A DNA stretch of 64,000 nucleotides, taken from an uncultured Acidimicrobiales bacterium. GTDB taxonomy: Bacteria; Actinomycetota; Acidimicrobiia; Acidimicrobiales; SZUA-35. The notes beneath the pieces are model-generated. The model made no database searches and had not been told where the DNA came from. It saw only the letters and a program-made list of their open reading frames with translations. The translations under genes were made by a program, and so were the position numbers. The DNA lies in NCBI GenBank assembly GCA_963803875.1, contig CAWDOA010000014.1, positions 48,625 to 112,624 on the forward strand, in the 5' to 3' direction. This document shows, in pieces, positions 8,798-17,421 of the stretch (positions are counted from its first letter, which is position 1; each line of letters opens with the position of its first letter).

Positions 8798-10018
8798 TCA
8801 GTCCAGATAGCCGCGCAGTTTGTCGGAACGGAGCGGGTGGCGCAGTTTGGCCAGGGTTTTGTTTTCGATCTGCCGGATCCGTTCTCTGGTCACCCCGAAC
8901 TCCTTGCCCACTTCTTCCAAGGTGCGGGGCTGGCCGTCGTCGATCCCGAAACGGAGCTTCACCACCTCGGCTTCCCGCTCGCTCAACTCCTTCATCACTT
9001 CGCTGACCGCAATCGCCAACATGTGACGGGCCGCTACATCTACCGGTGCCGCGCCTTTGTCGGGGATGAAGTCGGCCATCGAGCTGTCATCCTCGTCGCC
9101 GACCGGGGTGTCGAGGCTGAATGCTTCCTGCCGGGCGATGCGCAGGATCTCTTCCACCCGTTCCGGCGTCATGTCGACGTCCTTGGCGATCTCGGCCATG
9201 GTCGGGTCACGTTCGAGCCGCTGTCCAAGCGATCGCTGACTGCGGATGACCCGATTCATCGACTCCACCATGTGAACCGGTACCCGGATCGTGCGTGACT
9301 GGTCGGCGATCGCACGGGTGATCGACTGACGGATCCACCAGGTGGCGTAGGTGGAGAATTTGAAACCGCGGGCGTAGTCGAACTTCTGCACCGCCCGCAT
9401 GAGCCCGAGGTTTCCCTCTTGGATCAGATCGAGCATGGCGACGCCGCGGCCGGTGTACCGCTTTGCGATCGACACGACCAGACGCAGATTGGCAGCTGTG
9501 AGATCATTCCGGGCCAGCTCCCCGTCGTGAACCGCCTGTCGAATCCGGCGCCGCTCTTCAGGATCGAGGTTGTCCCACTCGCCTGACATCACCAGGTCGG
9601 TCTGCCGATCGGAATCTTTGGCACCTTGCTCGATACGTTTCGCCAGTTCCACCTCCTCATCGGCAGCGAGCAACGGAACCCGGCCGATCTCCTTGAGGTA
9701 CATCCGAACCGGGTCACCCGAACCAGATGCTTTGGCAACGGCTTGAGTAGCGATGACAGCAGAATCAGGTCGCCGGCGGCGACGCGACGTTGCTTGAGAG
9801 TCGTGGTCATCTGACTCTTCGATCACGTCATGGTCGAAGGGCACGTGGTTCTCGGCCAGGAACCTTTCCACCTCCTGAACCAACTGAGGGGTGAGGTCGA
9901 TGTTGTGCATTACTTCGATCACGTCGTCGGGCGTGAGGGTTCGGCCAGCCTTGGCGCGCAGCAGCAGCCGATCGCGGTGTTCTTCGCTGAACAGCGGTTG
10001 TTGGGGAACTGCGTGCAT
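8798..10018 (-). CDS. rpoD: principal RNA polymerase sigma-70 factor (RpoD/SigA-type)
   Basis: Region 2 [14 protein letters not shown] and region 4.2 [31 protein letters not shown]. Start set to ATG 10018 (MHAVPQQ...), 2 nt after the dnaG stop. The longer ORF to 10234 overlaps dnaG. Confidence 0.9.
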   Translation of the reverse strand: MHAVPQQPLFSEEHRDRLLLRAKAGRTLTPDDVIEVMHNIDLTPQLVQEVERFLAENHVPFDHDVIEESDDHDSQATSRRRRRPDSAVIATQAVAKASGSGDPVRMYLKEIGRVPLLAADEEVELAKRIEQGAKDSDRQTDLVMSGEWDNLDPEERRRIRQAVHDGELARNDLTAANLRLVVSIAKRYTGRGVAMLDLIQEGNLGLMRAVQKFDYARGFKFSTYATWWIRQSITRAIADQSRTIRVPVHMVESMNRVIRSQRSLGQRLERDPTMAEIAKDVDMTPERVEEILRIARQEAFSLDTPVGDEDDSSMADFIPDKGAAPVDVAARHMLAIAVSEVMKELSEREAEVVKLRFGIDDGQPRTLEEVGKEFGVTRERIRQIENKTLAKLRHPLRSDKLRGYLD

Positions 10019-10020
10019 CC

Positions 10021-11934
10021 TCAGGGGGTAACCTCCTCCGATCCCGTCCCCATCCAAGCTAGCAACTGTGACACTGTCAGTTCTTGTGAATGCTCTGAGG
10101 TAAGTGACTCCACCGTTTCCTGGAACCACCTGAGTTCGGAGGTCAGCGCAGCCTGATCCTCGACAGAGGTGGGATCGAAGCTTCGCAAACGAGCCGTTCG
10201 TTCCCGTTCGATCAGCAGACGCCACAACCGGCATGCAACGTCGAGCGGGTCTGCCTCGGCCGGCTCTACCGCCAGTCGGTACAGCAAGCTCTGATCGTCG
10301 GAATCGACGGTATTCGCCACCGCATCGAAGTCTTCGGTCTCAACCAACAGTGCGAACAGATCACCCAGTCGTTGCACGGTGAAGGCGTCGGCTACGACGA
10401 GTCCGCCGATCGTGGTCGGGTCCTGGATCGCCAGCTGGAGGGCCAACAGCTCCACCGGCGGATAACGATCCGGACGGCGCTGCTGCCGGGCAGATGGCGC
10501 AGCCTCCTTGCCGGGATCGTTGCGGAGGTCGATGTACTGGTCGGGCGGCGGCCTGTCGTAGGAGTATCCATCACCGGGAGGCCGATTGGACCCTCGGTTG
10601 TCCTCAGTGCGCCGGTTCGGAGAGCTCCGAGGACCTGAACCGCCGCCGAATCGACGCGCACCCGGGGAGGTGAACATCGAGCGGATCGTCTCGATCGCCA
10701 TCTGGGTGTGATCGGCGATTTGAAGAGCGTAGGCGTCTCGGACCAGAGAATCAGGGTGCTCAGCCACAACGGAGATCGCCTCTTCGGCCGCACGGGCGCG
10801 GCCCTCGACCGTGTCCATGTCTGCACCCCGTAGAACCCGATTCACCCGGAACTCCAAGAAAGGGCGAGCCTCGGTGACCGCAGTTGCTAGCCGCTCGGGG
10901 TCGCTGAAGGCCAAATCACCGGGGTCGGCGCCGCTGGGGAGATCGACAACCCGTACGTCGAGGTCGTACTGCTTCTCCCACTCATAGAAACGGGCGGCGG
11001 CATTCTGGCCGGCATTGTCGCCGTCGAAACTCAACACCACTCGGTTGCAGTACTTCTTGAGTTCTTTCACGTGCCGTTCGGTGAGCGCTGTCCCACAGGT
11101 GGCCACTGCCCGGGGCACCCCGGCGATGTGATAGCCGATCACGTCGGTGTAGCCCTCGCAGATCACTACCTCGTCAGCAGCCACAACGTTGCTCTTGGCC
11201 CGATCGAGCCCGTACAGCACGCTGGACTTGTTGTAGACCGGCGAGTCCTTGCTGTTCATGTACTTCGCTCCGTCTCCGCCGGGAAGGATGCGACCTCCGA
11301 AGCCAATGTGATTGCCCCGCACATCTTTGATCGGAAAGAGAACCCTGGCTCGGAACCAGTCTTGCTGTTTGTTGCGCCGGTTTATCAGACCCAGACCGGA
11401 ATCGACGAGATCCTTGTTGCTTGCTCGGAGGTGGTTTGCAAGCTGATCCCAGTCGTCGGGCGCCCACCCCATTTCGAATTCCCGAACAATGTCGCCGGTA
11501 TAGCCCCGTTCCCGCAGATACGCCCGAGCGGGAGCGGCCGAAGGACTTTTCAGCAGCAGTTCGTGATACCACTTTGCGGCCGATTCGATGAGCTGTTGAA
11601 GGTGTTCCTTGCGCTTGCGATCCTTGCCCTGGTTGGCGTCGGTGTAACGCAACTGGATTCCGGACTTGTTTGCCAGCCACTCGATTGCTTCGACGAAATC
11701 GAAGCCCTCCTTTTCCCTGACGAAGGTGATGACATCACCCTTTGCATGGCACCCGAAGCAGTAGTAGAGGTTCCGCTCTGCGTTGACGCTGAATGATCCG
11801 GACCGCTCGGAGTGGAATGGGCACAGGCCGCTGAACCGGTTACCCACCCGCTTGAGCTGGGTGTACCCGGAGACAACCTGAACGATGTCGCTTTCGTCCC
11901 GAACCCTCTGGACGTCCTCGTCAACGATCCCCAC
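10021..11934 (-). CDS. dnaG: DNA primase DnaG
   Basis: CHC2 zinc finger ([11 protein letters not shown]...[11 protein letters not shown]), TOPRIM (CEGYTDV...SFDGDNAG), 637 aa. Confidence 0.92.
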   Translation of the reverse strand: MGIVDEDVQRVRDESDIVQVVSGYTQLKRVGNRFSGLCPFHSERSGSFSVNAERNLYYCFGCHAKGDVITFVREKEGFDFVEAIEWLANKSGIQLRYTDANQGKDRKRKEHLQQLIESAAKWYHELLLKSPSAAPARAYLRERGYTGDIVREFEMGWAPDDWDQLANHLRASNKDLVDSGLGLINRRNKQQDWFRARVLFPIKDVRGNHIGFGGRILPGGDGAKYMNSKDSPVYNKSSVLYGLDRAKSNVVAADEVVICEGYTDVIGYHIAGVPRAVATCGTALTERHVKELKKYCNRVVLSFDGDNAGQNAAARFYEWEKQYDLDVRVVDLPSGADPGDLAFSDPERLATAVTEARPFLEFRVNRVLRGADMDTVEGRARAAEEAISVVAEHPDSLVRDAYALQIADHTQMAIETIRSMFTSPGARRFGGGSGPRSSPNRRTEDNRGSNRPPGDGYSYDRPPPDQYIDLRNDPGKEAAPSARQQRRPDRYPPVELLALQLAIQDPTTIGGLVVADAFTVQRLGDLFALLVETEDFDAVANTVDSDDQSLLYRLAVEPAEADPLDVACRLWRLLIERERTARLRSFDPTSVEDQAALTSELRWFQETVESLTSEHSQELTVSQLLAWMGTGSEEVTP

Positions 11935-11990
11935 AGGCCAAGCTTATGACCGCCATGCGACGGCCGCTGTTTTCCCAACCGATGGCCAAG

Positions 11991-13303
11991 CTACAGCTTG
12001 TCGTTGATCCAGGCGGCGACGCCCGGGAGCGGGATGCGAACCTGTTCCATTGTGTCACGGTCCCGGATCGTGACGGCCTGATCGTCGAGGGAATCGAAGT
12101 CGAACGTCACGCAGTACGGCGTACCGATTTCATCTTCACGGCGGTACCTCTTGCCAATGCCCTGAGTCTCATCGAAGTCGGTATTGAAGTGGCCCGCCAG
12201 GTCGGCGAAGAGTTTCTGCGACGGCTCCATCAGTTCAGGCTTCTTCGACAGCGGCAGCACCGCCGCCACGAACGGCGCTATGCGGGGATGCAGCTTCAAG
12301 ACGGTGCGTTCCTCATCGCCCACTGGCTCCACGTTGTAGGCATCCATGAGAAACGCCATCATGGCGCGGGTCGCCCCGGCTGCGGGCTCGATCACATGAG
12401 GGACGTAGCGGCGATTGTTGGCCTGATCAAAGAAGTCCAGCCTTGATCCGCTGTGTTCGGCGTGCTGGTTCAGGTCGAAGTCGCCCCGGTTGGCGATTCC
12501 CTCGAGTTCCCCCCAACCCCACGGAAAGAGGAACTCGACATCGCTTGTGGTCGATGAGTAGTGGCTCAGTTCGTCGTCATCGTGGGGGCGAAGCCGGAGG
12601 GAGTCGGCATTCATACCCAGGTCGATGTACCACTGCATGCGGGCGGCGCACCAGTACTCGTACCATTCTCGGCGTCCTCGGGCGGTACGAAGTACTCCAT
12701 CTCCATCTGTTCGAATTCCCGGGTCCGGAACACGAAATTGCCCGGCGTGATCTCGTTGCGGAAGCTCTTCCCGATCTGGGCGATACCGAACGGGGGCTTC
12801 TTCCTGGTCGTGTGTTGGACGTTGGAGAAGTTGATGAACATTCCCTGGGCGGTTTCGGGCCGCAGGTACGCGTCGGCACCCTTCCCGGCTACGGGACCGG
12901 CCGCGGTCTTGAACATGAGGTTGAAGTGTCGAGCCTCGGTGAAGGAATCGGCAGCTCCGCAGTTCGGACATAGGTTCGGGTCCTCCAGAGTGTCTTCCCG
13001 GAATCGCTGGCCGCATTCCTTGCAGTCCACCAGCGGATCGGTGAAGTTCGAGAGGTGACCGGAGGCCTCCCACACCTGTGGTGGTCCCAGAATCGAGGCG
13101 TCGAGTCCGACAACGTCGTGTCTCTGCTGCACCATCGAACGCCACCAGGCGTCCTTGACGTTGCGCAACATCAGCACCCCGACCGGCCCGTAGTCGTAGG
13201 TGGAACGGAAGCCACCGTAGATCTCCGCCGACGGGAACACGAAGCCTCGCCGTTTGCAGAGGTTCACAACCTGGTCGAACAGTTCCGGTCTGGGCTCAGC
13301 CAT
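11991..13303 (-). pseudogene. glyQS: glycine--tRNA ligase (dimeric class II GlyQS), interrupted by a 1-nt frameshift as assembled
   Basis: The N-terminal part ([30 protein letters not shown]) is in the frame of ORF 12611..13369. The rest ([18 protein letters not shown] ... RYRREDEIGTPYCVTFD) is in the frame of ORF 11991..13145. The switch lies at ~12660-12680 (GAC GCC GA|G AAT GG). Start ATG 13303 (MAEPRPELF). Confidence 0.85.
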
Positions 13304-13325
13304 GGCCGAAAGGCTAACGCCCACG

Positions 13326-14543
13326 ATGTCCGGCCCCATCCAAGCAATTCGACAGACAAACGGTAACAATAGAGGGGTGAATGACCTGTCGACATCGTCG
13401 CTGCTACCGCGTCGAATCGCAGCCTCAGTGGTGGATCTCGCGGTTGTCGGGTTGCTGTGGCTCCTGGTGCTGTATCGCTTGGCCGTACGGTTCGAAATCG
13501 CCCAACGAACCCCCGACGGAACACCGGTCTATTCCGACCTCCAGCGGGCCGAGTTGTCGAGCATCGCCGAGGGACTGAACTTCGGTCGGATCATCGGTGA
13601 CTTCTATTACTCGATCCACGGGAGAGGTTTGATCCTGGCAATGCTGTCGCTCCTGATCTTCTCCCTCATCGCCTGGGTGCTGGTTCCTGCAAACACCGGC
13701 TGGTCCGTAGGGCATCGGGCGTTCGGACTCATGGTCACCGACATGAAGGGACAGAAACCACCCCTCGACAGCTATCTGCGCCGCTACCTGGTGGGCATTG
13801 TTGACCTGTTCCCCTACATCATCCCGGGCCTTCTCGGATGGATCGTCGCCTCCCGCAACGAACACCACCAGCGTATGGGTGATCTCAGTGCCGACACAGT
13901 CGTGGTGAACGCCACCGCAGCCCTCGGCGACCTCCCACAGACCACCACCACGGTCATCCGCCCTGGCCAGACTGCCGAAGCTGAGGCGGAGGGCACGGGT
14001 CAACCGCCCGCACCGGCACACCCGGGGACAATGGTCGATGTCGAGGCGGCGCTGGCCGGTCACACCATGACCGAGGCGGCCGAAGATCTCTACCCGGTCC
14101 TGGATCTGGAGGACACCACACCACCGATCCCGACGGTCGAAGCTGGCAAGGCCATTCCGACTCCTGATTCTGGAGACAGCGAATTCGTCACATCGCTGAT
14201 CGACCATGAGGAATCGATCCTCGCCGATGAGGCCGAGGTCGATGAACTTCCCCAATCGACCTATGCCGAGAACTGGCATTTCCCTGAAGCCCAAGAGGCC
14301 CCCGTCTGGACACCTGAACCGAGCACCAACAACGGTCCCAAGGCAGCCCAGCACGACTCCAAACCGGCCAAGGCCGACCAACCGGCGCTCCAACCCGCTG
14401 CCAGTTCTGCAGCACAGATTGGTGACCCTGTCTGGAACGAACAGTGGCAAGCATGGCTTTATTGGGACCGCGACGGGAAGAAGTGGCTTCGTCATGATCC
14501 CGAGCGAGGTTGGCTCCCGATCGGCGACTCGCAGAAGGCCTAG
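13326..14543 (+). CDS. RDD-family membrane protein with long acidic/Pro-rich tail
   Basis: RDD-type N-terminal region ([22 protein letters not shown], 3-4 TM segments, RRYLVGIVD), then a low-complexity tail ending in the Trp-rich [27 protein letters not shown]. Start uncertain (ATG 13326 or GTG 13377). Confidence 0.7.
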   Translation: MSGPIQAIRQTNGNNRGVNDLSTSSLLPRRIAASVVDLAVVGLLWLLVLYRLAVRFEIAQRTPDGTPVYSDLQRAELSSIAEGLNFGRIIGDFYYSIHGRGLILAMLSLLIFSLIAWVLVPANTGWSVGHRAFGLMVTDMKGQKPPLDSYLRRYLVGIVDLFPYIIPGLLGWIVASRNEHHQRMGDLSADTVVVNATAALGDLPQTTTTVIRPGQTAEAEAEGTGQPPAPAHPGTMVDVEAALAGHTMTEAAEDLYPVLDLEDTTPPIPTVEAGKAIPTPDSGDSEFVTSLIDHEESILADEAEVDELPQSTYAENWHFPEAQEAPVWTPEPSTNNGPKAAQHDSKPAKADQPALQPAASSAAQIGDPVWNEQWQAWLYWDRDGKKWLRHDPERGWLPIGDSQKA

Positions 14544-15280
14544 TAGTGGCCACCCAGAACGCGGCGCCGGAAGCTACGGTGCCGCGCGTGATCGATCCTC
14601 AACGCGTGCCGCAGCATGTCGCATGTGTCATGGACGGCAACGGACGGTGGGCCAACGAACGAGGTCTCGTCCGCACCGAAGGTCACGCCGCTGGCGAACA
14701 GGCCCTCGTCGACGCCGTCGATGCATCCCTCGAACTCGGGATTCAGTGGCTCACCGTTTATGCCTTCAGCACCGAGAACTGGCGGCGCCCAGTCTCCGAA
14801 GTGCGCTACCTCATGAACTTCAACGAACAGCTTCTGCTGCGTCGGAGAGATGAGCTGAACGACAAGGGCGTACGAATCAAGTTCGTCGGTCGCCGAGACT
14901 GGCGAATCCCCAGGCGGCTGCTCAAACGCATCGAAGAAACCGAAGCTCTCACGGCCCACAACGACACCCTCACGCTCAGCATCGCATTCAACTACGGAAG
15001 TCGAGCCGAACTCGTCGATGCCGTCAGGCAACTGAACGCCGACGGGGTCGAACCCACCGAAGAAGCCATCTCGGCTCGAATGTACGACCCGTCCATGCCC
15101 GACGTCGATCTCTGGGTTCGAACCTCAGGTGAGCACCGCATCTCGAACTTCTTGCTATGGCAATCCGCCTACGCCGAGTTCGTGTTCGTCGATGCCTTCT
15201 GGCCCGACTTCGGACGAACCGAGATGTTCAATGCCGTCGCAGAATTCCAGCACCGCAACCGCCGCTTCGGCGGGCTGTAA
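14510..15280 (+). CDS. uppS: isoprenyl transferase / undecaprenyl-diphosphate synthase
   Basis: Motifs VMDGNGRWA, YAFSTENWRRP, RTSGEHRISNFLLWQSAYAEF. An alternative GTG start at 14546 lies right after the upstream stop. Confidence 0.9.
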   Translation: MAPDRRLAEGLVVATQNAAPEATVPRVIDPQRVPQHVACVMDGNGRWANERGLVRTEGHAAGEQALVDAVDASLELGIQWLTVYAFSTENWRRPVSEVRYLMNFNEQLLLRRRDELNDKGVRIKFVGRRDWRIPRRLLKRIEETEALTAHNDTLTLSIAFNYGSRAELVDAVRQLNADGVEPTEEAISARMYDPSMPDVDLWVRTSGEHRISNFLLWQSAYAEFVFVDAFWPDFGRTEMFNAVAEFQHRNRRFGGL

Positions 15281-15284
15281 CTCC

Positions 15285-15665
15285 ACCTCCGGTGGGGGCC
15301 GTTCAGGCGCCACGGAGGCTTGAGCCTGCGGCCTCAAAGAACTCGGGCCGTCTAGCCCGCTGCGCTGGATCTCTCGCTAGCTGCGTAGTTCGTGTTCTCA
15401 CTCGCTGACGCTCGCTTCACGAACCACTCCGCCTCGCTACAGGGAAACCGCGCAGGAATCAGAAACAGCCCGGCCTCCTCGCACCGAGGGGTGAAACCTC
15501 TGCGAAGAGAGCCCGCACCGCCGCTTCAGGCTGACGGGCGAGCCAGAGGGAGGGCGGCCTAGGGTGGGGAGCCATGAAGCGAGGCGGCGGCAATAACGAT
15601 CACAAGCCGCACGTAACGAGCCGCCGAGTGAGAACATGGCTCCCCGCCCAGGCCGAACGGAGACA
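15285..15665. repeat. ~380-bp imperfect palindromic intergenic element (copy B of the family seen at 8436-8795)
   Basis: Same ordered motifs as copy A: GGGGGCCGTTCAGGCGCCACGGAGG (15294-15318), TTCTCACTCGCTG (15395-15407), CTCGCTTCACG (15411-15421), CTCCGCCTCGCTACAGGG (15427-15444). Right arm has the complements GCCATGAAGCGAG (15571-15583), CGAGTGAGAAC (15625-15635) and GGCCGAACGG (15651-15660). Confidence 0.6.
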
Positions 15666-15758
15666 GAGCCACATCGGATCCCACGCCCCCAGCACAACTC
15701 ACGGCCACCGGCTAAAGGCTCCGTGCCGTTTGAGCGGGCCCCCTGCAGGGGTGTAACC

Positions 15759-16580
15759 GTGCCGTTGTATCGGGATCAGGGGGTTGTGCTTCGCACCCAC
15801 AAGCTCGGCGAAGCCGACCGGATCATCACGCTCTTCACCGCCGGTCACGGACGAATCCGGGCGGTAGCGAAGGGAATCCGACGTACCAAGTCTCGATTCG
15901 GGGCTCGGCTCGAGCCGATGTCGTGGGTGAACGGTCAATTCTACGAAGGACGAAACCTCGACATCGTGACGCAGGTCGAAACCGCCCATCGATTCGATCA
16001 CTTGCGAAGCGATCCCGAGCGTCTTCATCGAGCGGCGGTGATGCTCGAAGCGGTGGAACACACCACCCAAGAGCGAGGCCCGGACAGAGGGATCTTCAAC
16101 CTGCTCACCGGTGCACTCCGCGAACTCGATCGGACCGGCAATCACAGCGTCCTTCCAGCCTTCGTGGCCAAGTTGCTGATGCTCGAAGGGATCCAGCCTC
16201 AAGTCAACCACTGCGTCCACTGCGGCAAAGAGGATCGAATCGAGGCGATCAACCTTCACCAGGGCGGAGTTCTGTGTCACGAACATCGCTCTGGTCAACC
16301 GATCGGTCCCGGCGTCCGCAGGGCGCTGTCGCTCGTGTTCGCGGGTGAGGTGAGACAAATGCTGGATGAAACGGACCCGGCTGTCGCCGACGAAATCGAG
16401 ATCCTTGCAATTCAGCTACTGGAGCAACACCTCGAGCGACGACTGAAATCAGCGAGCTGTCTTCCGAACCGCTATCTAGGCGTCAGACTCCCCGCTCCCT
16501 ACGGATCTGGCGTTTCGGTTCCCACCCACGTGGGTGGGCTGAACGTGACGTCAGGAAGCGTGGGTGCAGTCGTGGCCTGA
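15759..16580 (+). CDS. recO: DNA repair protein RecO
   Basis: GTG start at 15759 (VPLYRDQGVVLRTHKLGEADRI...), OB-fold N-terminus and zinc motif CVHCG...LCHEH. The upstream part of the ORF lies inside the repeat element. Confidence 0.85.
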   Translation: MPLYRDQGVVLRTHKLGEADRIITLFTAGHGRIRAVAKGIRRTKSRFGARLEPMSWVNGQFYEGRNLDIVTQVETAHRFDHLRSDPERLHRAAVMLEAVEHTTQERGPDRGIFNLLTGALRELDRTGNHSVLPAFVAKLLMLEGIQPQVNHCVHCGKEDRIEAINLHQGGVLCHEHRSGQPIGPGVRRALSLVFAGEVRQMLDETDPAVADEIEILAIQLLEQHLERRLKSASCLPNRYLGVRLPAPYGSGVSVPTHVGGLNVTSGSVGAVVA

Positions 16581-17050
16581 GTTGTCGGCCGCCGAGTCGT
16601 CGGGGGCCGGGTGGTTGGCCGTCGAGTTGTCGCGGGCCGAGCCGTCGTGGTCGGCGCGGCCGTCGTGGTCGGCGCGGCCGTTGTCGTCGGCGCGGCCGTT
16701 GTCGTCGGCGCGGTTGTCGTGGGTGCGCTGGTTACCGCCTGGGTCGTCGGCGGAGCCGGGACGGTAGTCGCTGAGACAGTGGTCGGCGGTTGGGAGACCT
16801 CGGCGGCGGTGGTGACCTGAGGTGTCCCCTGCACCGTGGACTCAGTTGCGTCGGTGTCAGCCTCAGCGGCACCTCCAAAACTGAGAGCTGTGACTGCGAT
16901 CGAACCAGCCAACGACAGTGTGAACAGCGATGCCAGGATCACAGTGATCCGTTTCCGTCGGGCACTTTCCCTCCCGACCTTCCGGGCGATCGTGGCAACT
17001 ACAACGGTTTGCCTGGGCGACCTTTGTCGGAACAACAACCCTGGAGACAC
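16499..17050 (-). CDS. membrane-anchored Thr/Pro-rich repetitive protein
   Basis: GTG start preceded by a strong SD (GGGAGG, 6-nt spacer). Basic N-terminus, one TM (ITVILASLFTLSLAGSIAVTAL), then an (A)APTTTA-type repeat tract. The 3' end overlaps recO convergently by 82 nt. Confidence 0.6.
   Translation of the reverse strand: MSPGLLFRQRSPRQTVVVATIARKVGRESARRKRITVILASLFTLSLAGSIAVTALSFGGAAEADTDATESTVQGTPQVTTAAEVSQPPTTVSATTVPAPPTTQAVTSAPTTTAPTTTAAPTTTAAPTTTAAPTTTARPATTRRPTTRPPTTRRPTTQATTAPTLPDVTFSPPTWVGTETPDP
16641..16730. repeat. 18-bp tandem repeat x4-5 inside the Thr/Pro-rich gene
   Basis: GCCGTCGTGGTCGGCGCG x2, then GCCGTTGTCGTCGGCGCG x2, then one degenerate unit. Encodes APTTTA repeats on the minus strand. 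Confidence 0.85.
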
Positions 17051-17062
17051 TTCTTGCCTCCC

Positions 17063-17380
17063 TCACCACCGAGCCTTGCGGTGCCTGTCTGCGTATTGAG
17101 TCCCGAGTTGTTGGCGCCACTCCCCGGTTGCGCCTTTGGCCAATGCACCCCACCGTGCGCCAACGCTCGGAGCAATCGGCTCGGGTCGGCCGAAGACGCT
17201 GTTCCGAACGGCGGTGGCAAGATCGTGCTGGTCCCGTCGGTCGACGGGCTCCTCGGCATCGGAGGACTCGGTGAGGTCGATCACGGTTTCGGTGCGGCGA
17301 GTGAGCAGGCCAGCAGACACCATGGCCGGCTCGTCGTCGCCCAAGGACACATGCTGATTCAGGTCGTGCTGGTTGCTCAT
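17063..17380 (-). CDS. hypothetical small acidic protein
   Basis: 105 aa from ATG 17380 (MSNQHDLNQH...). Its stop lies 12 nt before the GTG of the next gene, in the same frame. No family recognised. Confidence 0.4.
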   Translation of the reverse strand: MSNQHDLNQHVSLGDDEPAMVSAGLLTRRTETVIDLTESSDAEEPVDRRDQHDLATAVRNSVFGRPEPIAPSVGARWGALAKGATGEWRQQLGTQYADRHRKARW

Positions 17381-17421
17381 AGGGTGGGTTCGCCTCTGCC
17401 GGGACAGTCCGCCCGGCACTA

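Noticed and set aside
8256-8800. Possible integrated mobile element or genomic island at the tRNA-Asn/tRNA-Met locus.
   Set aside because: No integrase, recombinase, transposase or direct repeat of a tRNA 3' end was found. The adjacent sequence is only the ~360-bp palindromic element followed by rpoD.
16611-16820. ORF 16611..16820 (+), poly-Val/Ala/Gly, and 16564..16767 (+).
   Set aside because: These are antisense readings of the APTTTA repeat tract. The minus-strand gene has a strong SD, a GTG start and a TM anchor, so it is preferred.
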